Source of the DNA: Marispirochaeta sp.
GTDB lineage: Bacteria > Spirochaetota > Spirochaetia > JC444 > Marispirochaetaceae
DNA: 64,000 nucleotides
Reading direction: 5' to 3'
Assembly (NCBI GenBank): GCA_963676835.2
Contig: CAXXFF010000001.1
Location: 832,001 to 896,000 of the forward strand
The translations under genes and the position numbers were made by a program. The notes below the pieces were generated by a model. The model searched no databases. It was given only the letters and a program-made list of their open reading frames with translations, and was not told where the DNA came from. Of the stretch, positions 58,320 through 64,000 are shown piece after piece. Positions within the stretch are counted from its first letter, which is position 1. Every line of letters starts with the position of its first letter.

Positions 58320-59549
58320 ATGGCTAAAATACCCATGAACAAGAGTTTTCAATTTGCCCACAACCCGCCCCTCCCCAACACCTATGCCCGTTCCCTTCTT
58401 CTGATTGATCACGGCAAAGGCTCCTGGCTGTTCGATGCAGACGGAAACAAGTATCTCGATTTCGGCTCAGGAATTGCAGTAAACTCCCTCGGTCACGGCC
58501 GGGAGGATCTTGCGGAGATTGCCGCAGAACAGATGAAAAAGGTTGTACATGTATCCAACCTCTACACCACAGAGCCCACCCTGCAGTGTGCAGGCCGGTT
58601 GGTTAATATGGGAGATTTTGATGCGGTTTACTTCGGGAACTCCGGAACAGAAGCGGTAGAAGCCGCTCTGAAGTTCGCAAGACTCTATGCCATGCGGACA
58701 AAAGGTGAAGGACACCACAAGATAGCCAGTTTTTCAGGCGCCTTTCACGGACGGACCCTGGGAGCCCTCTCGGCCACCCCCACTGCGGCATATCAGGACC
58801 CCTTCAAACCCCTTGTGCCTGGATACGTAACCCTTCCCTATAACGATACGGCTGCCCTTGAGGAGACCCTCGACGACAGCTTTGCGGCGGTTATTGTAGA
58901 ACCCCTTCAGGGAGAAGGCGGTCTTAAAAATGTGACCCCTGAGTTTGCATCCGCCCTGAATAAAATCTGCCGCAAGTATGACATCGCCCTCATTGCCGAT
59001 GAAGTACAGACCGGCTTGAGCAGAACCGGAGAGATCCTCGCCTCTTCATGGGCGGGGCTCGAGCCCGACATGGTAACCCTGGCAAAACCTCTTGCAGGCG
59101 GACTGCCTCTCTCTGCGGTACTGATCCCGGAGAGAATCAACAATCAGATAAAGGTCGGGGATCATGCATCCACCTTTGGAGGCGGTCCGGTAACCACCGC
59201 AGTTGCGGCAGCAGTACTGGACAAGCTGTGCGACTACTCCTTTATTCTGGAAGTTCAGAAAAAAGGAGCACACCTTGCGTCCAGATTGGCTGCCATGTGT
59301 GAAAAATATCCTCAGGCCAAAAGCGTCAGAGGGAAAGGACTTCTTGCAGGACTTGAGATGAACTACAGCGGTGACGACCTGAAGGCAAAAATGGGCGCCC
59401 TGCTGACCAAACTGCAGAAGAAAGGGCTTCTTGCCCTGCGCTCGGGTACAAATATCCTGCGGATTGCACCTCCGCTGGTAATAGAGATTTCAGAAATTGA
59501 TGAAGGCTGCGATATTATCGAAGCAGTCCTTGCAGAAGAGAACGCTTAA
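58320..59549 (+). CDS. argD: Acetylornithine aminotransferase
   Basis: GIAVNSLGH, NSGTEA, FHGRT, EPLQGEGG, DEVQTG, LAKPLAGG, HASTFGG. Confidence 0.95.
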   Translation: MAKIPMNKSFQFAHNPPLPNTYARSLLLIDHGKGSWLFDADGNKYLDFGSGIAVNSLGHGREDLAEIAAEQMKKVVHVSNLYTTEPTLQCAGRLVNMGDFDAVYFGNSGTEAVEAALKFARLYAMRTKGEGHHKIASFSGAFHGRTLGALSATPTAAYQDPFKPLVPGYVTLPYNDTAALEETLDDSFAAVIVEPLQGEGGLKNVTPEFASALNKICRKYDIALIADEVQTGLSRTGEILASSWAGLEPDMVTLAKPLAGGLPLSAVLIPERINNQIKVGDHASTFGGGPVTTAVAAAVLDKLCDYSFILEVQKKGAHLASRLAAMCEKYPQAKSVRGKGLLAGLEMNYSGDDLKAKMGALLTKLQKKGLLALRSGTNILRIAPPLVIEISEIDEGCDIIEAVLAEENA

Positions 59550-59565
59550 GAAGAAGGAGACTCGT

Positions 59566-60846
59566 ATGATTAAGCACAAACGGGAAATAAAAAAGATCGT
59601 CCTTGCCTACTCCGGCGGACTGGATACATCCATAATCATCCCATGGCTGAAAGAGCACTACAACAATGCCGAGATTGTCGGTATCTGTACTAACGTAGGT
59701 CAGGATGAAGACTGGGACGGCATGGAGAAGAAGGCCCTCGCATCGGGTGCTTCCAAACTCTACATAAAGGATATCCGGGAAGAGTTTGCCCGGGATTTCC
59801 TCTTCCGCATTGTACGGGCCGGCGCACGCTATGAAGGGAAATACCTTCTGGGAACCTCCATTGCACGTCCCCTTCAGGCAAAATGCCAGGTAGAGGTTGC
59901 ACTGCAGGAAGATGCCGACGCGGTAGCCCACGGCTGTACCGGAAAAGGCAACGACCAGGTACGCTTCGAGCTTACCTACAAGGCGCTGGCGCCCCAGCTT
60001 GAGGTAATCGCTCCCTGGAGAGTCTGGGATATCCGCAGCCGTGAAGATGCCATTGAGTATGCGGAAGAACGGGGAATCAACCTGGGAACCATCAGCAAGA
60101 AGAACATCTACTCCAGAGACTGGAATATCTGGCATATGAGTCACGAGGGAGGCGACCTGGAAGATCCCTGGAACCGGCCCAAAAACGAAATGTTCCAGCT
60201 CACCAAGTCTCCCATGGATGCCCCCGACGAAGAGACCGAAATCACCATCGACTTTGTTAAGGGTTTCCCTGTGGGCATCAACGGCAAAAAGATGTCAGCC
60301 CTGGAACTGCTCACCGAACTGAATAAACTGGGTGCTGCCAACGGAATAGGACGCACCGACTGTGTCGAAACCCGCGTTGTGGGCATGAAGAGCCGCGGCG
60401 TCTACGAAACTCCTGCAGGTGAAATTCTTATGACCGCCCTTGCAGAACTGGAGATGATGACCATGGACTTCAACACCCTGGGCTTCAAGCGCAGCATGAG
60501 CCACCAGTATGCGGACATTGTGTATGCCGGAAAATGGTACACCACCTTCAGGGAATCCATGGATGCATTTATGGATAAGGCCTATCAGTATGTAACCGGA
60601 GCAGTTCGACTTGTGCTCTACAAAGGCAATGTAATTATCGCCGGACGTAAATCTGCCAACTCTTTGTACATAGAAGACCTTGCATCCTTCGGTGAGAGCT
60701 CTTATGATCATGGTGATGCCACGGGCTTTATCAACCTTTACGGACTTGCCACCGGGGTTGAGGCCATGGTACATAAAAGAATAGATGCCGAGGAGGGACA
60801 GGCGCCGGACATGAAGCATGTGGCGGCTACCTTCCACGACAAATAG
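59566..60846 (+). CDS. argG: Argininosuccinate synthase
   Basis: AYSGGLDTS, HGCTGKGNDQVRFE, GMKSRGVYETP. Confidence 0.98.
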   Translation: MIKHKREIKKIVLAYSGGLDTSIIIPWLKEHYNNAEIVGICTNVGQDEDWDGMEKKALASGASKLYIKDIREEFARDFLFRIVRAGARYEGKYLLGTSIARPLQAKCQVEVALQEDADAVAHGCTGKGNDQVRFELTYKALAPQLEVIAPWRVWDIRSREDAIEYAEERGINLGTISKKNIYSRDWNIWHMSHEGGDLEDPWNRPKNEMFQLTKSPMDAPDEETEITIDFVKGFPVGINGKKMSALELLTELNKLGAANGIGRTDCVETRVVGMKSRGVYETPAGEILMTALAELEMMTMDFNTLGFKRSMSHQYADIVYAGKWYTTFRESMDAFMDKAYQYVTGAVRLVLYKGNVIIAGRKSANSLYIEDLASFGESSYDHGDATGFINLYGLATGVEAMVHKRIDAEEGQAPDMKHVAATFHDK

Positions 60847-60875
60847 AAAGAACATAAACCATTAAGGAGCAGCCG

Positions 60876-62474
60876 GTGAAATACGCGGATCTGGATCGTA
60901 CCGAATCGTACACACGATTGAAGGAGCATTACGAAAAAAACCAGGAGGCGGTAAACCTTGCCGGCCTGCTCAGTGAAGAACGGATAAAACGCTGCCGGAT
61001 CAGCTCCGGCGGCGGTCTTACCTACAGTTATGCCGCTAAAGCGGTGGACGACGCTGCCCTGGCCATTCTGGCCGACCTCGCCGCCGAGTGCGGCTGTATA
61101 GAAAAATACAAAGCAATTGCCTCAGGCGAAATAATGAACACCGGCGAGAAGCGTAAGGTAATGCACCACCTGATGCGCGGGGAACTTGCAGGAAAGGTTA
61201 CCGACGACGGAAAAGATCTGGGAGCTTTCTACCGGGAACAGCAGGAAAAAATTGCCCGCTTCAGCAGCGATGTCCATGAAGGAAAAATTACCGGGTCCAC
61301 CGGCAAGGCCTTCAAACGGGTGGTACAGATCGGAATCGGCGGTTCCGACCTGGGTCCCAGAGCGCTCTACCTGGCACTGAAAAACTGGTACCGCAAAGAG
61401 TACGGCGCCCTGAAAATGGATGCCCGTTTTATCTCCAATGTTGACCCTGATGATGCCGAAGAGGTTCTGGCCGATATAAACCCGGAAGAGACCCTCTTTA
61501 TTCTGGTCTCCAAAAGCGGCACCACCCAGGAAACCCTTACCAACCAGGCCCTGGTGGCGGATATCATGCTTTCCCGCGGAATTTCCGGCCTTGTTCCGGC
61601 CCAGCACATTGTAGCTGTCACATCCGAAACCAGTCCCATGGCTGCAAACAGCGATTTTCTCGCTTCATTTTTTATTGATGATTATATCGGCGGACGCTAT
61701 TCGGCGACCAGCGCAGTAGGCGGAGCTGTCCTCAGCCTTGCCTTCGGGCCTGAAGTTTTCAGCCGTATTCTAAAAGGTGCCCATGAGGCCGATAAGTCAT
61801 CCCTCAATGAGGACATTTATAAGAATGCCTCTCTTATGGATGCGCTCATAGGCGTATGGGAACGCAATATCCTCAAGTTTCCCGTAACTGCGGTTCTACC
61901 CTACAGCCAGGCCCTGCACAGGTTTCCGGCACACCTGCAGCAGCTTGATATGGAATCAAACGGCAAACAGGTTAACCGGGAGGGAACAGCCCTCGCCTAC
62001 TCCACCGGGCCGGTTATCTTCGGCGAACCGGGAACAAACGGACAGCACTCATTCTTCCAGCTGCTGCACCAGGGTACCGACCGGATACCTCTGCAGTTTA
62101 TCGGCTTTCAGGAATCCCAGTCCGGAAAAGACATTGATTTTGAGGGTTCCAGCAGTCAGCAGAAGCTCAAAGCCAATCTTACAGCCCAGATAGTTGCCTT
62201 TGCCCTGGGTAAAAAAGATGAAAACCCCAATAAAAACTTCCCGGGACAACGGCCTTCAAGCCTCATATACGGCGACCGTCTCGGGCCTGAAGCCCTGGGA
62301 GCCCTGCTGGCACACTATGAAAACAAGGTAATGTTTCAGGGGCTAATCTGGAATATCAACTCCTTTGATCAGGAAGGAGTACAGCTGGGAAAGGTGCTTA
62401 CCGGCAAGGTTCTGGGTGATCCTGCCCAGCGGGATAAAGTACTGAACACCTATGCAGGACTGCTGAACCTGTAG
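60876..62474 (+). CDS. pgi: Glucose-6-phosphate isomerase
   Basis: IGIGGSDLGP, SKSGTT.ET, GGRYS, MESNGK, GTNGQH, FDQEGV.LGK. Confidence 0.98.
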   Translation: MKYADLDRTESYTRLKEHYEKNQEAVNLAGLLSEERIKRCRISSGGGLTYSYAAKAVDDAALAILADLAAECGCIEKYKAIASGEIMNTGEKRKVMHHLMRGELAGKVTDDGKDLGAFYREQQEKIARFSSDVHEGKITGSTGKAFKRVVQIGIGGSDLGPRALYLALKNWYRKEYGALKMDARFISNVDPDDAEEVLADINPEETLFILVSKSGTTQETLTNQALVADIMLSRGISGLVPAQHIVAVTSETSPMAANSDFLASFFIDDYIGGRYSATSAVGGAVLSLAFGPEVFSRILKGAHEADKSSLNEDIYKNASLMDALIGVWERNILKFPVTAVLPYSQALHRFPAHLQQLDMESNGKQVNREGTALAYSTGPVIFGEPGTNGQHSFFQLLHQGTDRIPLQFIGFQESQSGKDIDFEGSSSQQKLKANLTAQIVAFALGKKDENPNKNFPGQRPSSLIYGDRLGPEALGALLAHYENKVMFQGLIWNINSFDQEGVQLGKVLTGKVLGDPAQRDKVLNTYAGLLNL

Positions 62475-62519
62475 GCGACAGGCATCCAGACAGAAGGCAC
62501 CTATGCCGATAATGGCAGT

Positions 62520-62975
62520 ATGCAGCGCCTTCTGATATTTACTTTATTACTGATTCTACTCCTGCAGGCTTCCCTCTTTTCCGGCGAAACCGGGGATGAA
62601 CTCTCTCTGGCTGCAGTTCTTGAATCCCTCTCCCTAAAAGGTACTCCGTATATTTTAGGCGGTACCGGCCCCAGAGGGATGGACTGTTCCGGCCTGGTCT
62701 ACCACATCTACTCACCAGTGGTTAACAGTCTCCCAAGGCGTGCCATTGATCAATACAAATTCGGAAACCCCGTGGCAAAAGGCAGTGAGGAACCCGGAGA
62801 TCTGGTCTTCTTTAATACTGAAGGATGGACTGTTACGCACGTGGGTATATACCTGGGAGACAACCGCTTTGTTCACGCCGCATCGGGAACAAAGACCAAT
62901 GGCATAGTAGTCTCTTCTCTCCTGACTCCCTATTACAGTCAGCGCTATGTAGGCGCCCGGCGGGTTATCCCATAA
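62520..62975 (+). CDS. NlpC/P60 (C40) peptidase
   Basis: Signal peptide, PY.LGG..P.GMDCSG, PGDLVFF, HVGIY, FVHA. Confidence 0.95.
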   Translation: MQRLLIFTLLLILLLQASLFSGETGDELSLAAVLESLSLKGTPYILGGTGPRGMDCSGLVYHIYSPVVNSLPRRAIDQYKFGNPVAKGSEEPGDLVFFNTEGWTVTHVGIYLGDNRFVHAASGTKTNGIVVSSLLTPYYSQRYVGARRVIP

Positions 62976-63111
62976 GAGCCCATTAATAAAAGTGACCCCC
63001 CGGAAAAAGGAGTAAAGCCGGGAGGCCAAAAAGGAGGTCAATGAAAAAGAAAACTCTCTAACCTACAAACCTCTCCCGGATACAAAGGTTACATTATCTG
63101 ACAAAAAAACC

Positions 63112-64000
63112 TTATATACTGTCTATTCTTCCCGGTGTACAGAATGCCTGCTGTCCCTCAAACTCACCGGTGCAGCTGAACAAGCCGGAAAGTTTCGGCG
63201 ACAGCTCCCCATGAAGAGTTCCGGACACCGCAACACTGCCGGGCTGGGCATGCTTCTTCTCCAGATGACTGGCATAATTAATAACTTCAGAGACTATTGA
63301 ACCGGTCTCCATCTGAAATTTTATCTTTCCCGTATCAAGACCTATTCTGAGTGCAACAGGCTCTTTAAGCAGCACATCCTCATGCAGCTGGAAAAGAGGA
63401 ATGCTGCGCTGTATTTCCAGCCCGCAGAATACTGCCCGGTCCTGGTGCCCTTTAAAGGTAAAAGCAATAAGACCTCCATCCCCGGCAAAATTCCAGATCC
63501 TTCCGTCATAGCGGGCAATCCGCTCTTCCAGATATCGGCGAAGATGAAAATAGACCTTTTCCATGGTTCGATTACCGTATTTTTTTACCAGCTTTGAATT
63601 ATCCACCACGTCAAGACTCATGACAGTTATGGGATACTGCCGGCCGTTATTCAGGCTGCCCCAATTTACCTGATCCTCTATTTCCTTCCGCAGGGTTACC
63701 ACTTTTCTGCGTTTGAAATCGTAGATTCTTCCACTGTTGGCAAATTCCCTCAGGAAGAGCTCAAGACCTTCAATCCGCAGCTGCCGGCCTTTTATGGTCT
63801 GGTCATCCAGGCTGACAACAAGCTCGATAAGCCGTTCAACCTGGTTTTTGGCTATACACTCCTCCACCAGCGCCGAGGCACATTTCCGCGGGGAAAGGGT
63901 AAAATGCGTTTCTGTATTAGTTAAATCGTGACTGTTATACTGTTTGAACAGCAGCTTGCCCAATTCATCAATTTCATCGGGTTTGAAATTCTGTGCAATA
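63112..64000 (-). CDS. Class III nucleotide cyclase-domain protein; 5' end beyond the window
   Basis: SLDVVDNS, FAGDG, LRIGLDTG, VINYASHLE. The frame stays open to the edge (IAQNFKPDEIDELG). Confidence 0.85.
   Translation of the reverse strand, partial: IAQNFKPDEIDELGKLLFKQYNSHDLTNTETHFTLSPRKCASALVEECIAKNQVERLIELVVSLDDQTIKGRQLRIEGLELFLREFANSGRIYDFKRRKVVTLRKEIEDQVNWGSLNNGRQYPITVMSLDVVDNSKLVKKYGNRTMEKVYFHLRRYLEERIARYDGRIWNFAGDGGLIAFTFKGHQDRAVFCGLEIQRSIPLFQLHEDVLLKEPVALRIGLDTGKIKFQMETGSIVSEVINYASHLEKKHAQPGSVAVSGTLHGELSPKLSGLFSCTGEFEGQQAFCTPGRIDSI

Overview
Bacterial chromosomal window, most likely from a free-living anaerobic spirochaete. This assignment is inference from the solo groEL, the insertion-bearing SecD/SecF, the lipoprotein signal style and FapA. 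The left ~13.5 kb is accessory-like. It holds an unlisted minus-strand ORF running off the window edge with full M23 peptidase motifs, a DUF4160/DUF2442 toxin-antitoxin (TA) pair with a dead toxin, a sirtuin, an 11-gene type II secretion-like operon, and a RelE-type TA pair whose toxin is broken by a 148-bp MITE and a nonsense codon. The middle holds MATE, PadR with an interrupted flavoprotein-SCP2-membrane fusion, SulP, malic enzyme, an Omp85-like barrel, an atypical NDK with YkgJ, and rex followed by an hfs-type [FeFe]-hydrogenase operon. Next come RimK, a PhoR-like kinase, two paralogous lipoproteins, an RlmN-like enzyme, a TetR-ABC exporter, yajC-secD-secF and groEL. The right part holds birA, an ECF sigma / anti-sigma / exported caspase-repeat-barrel operon (best candidate for a poorly described system), mnmA, fapA, argRCBDG with tandem ARG boxes, pgi, an NlpC/P60 protein and a degenerate class III cyclase truncated by the window edge. 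No rRNA, tRNA, CRISPR array or transposase was seen. All family calls come from motif reading only; no searches were run.
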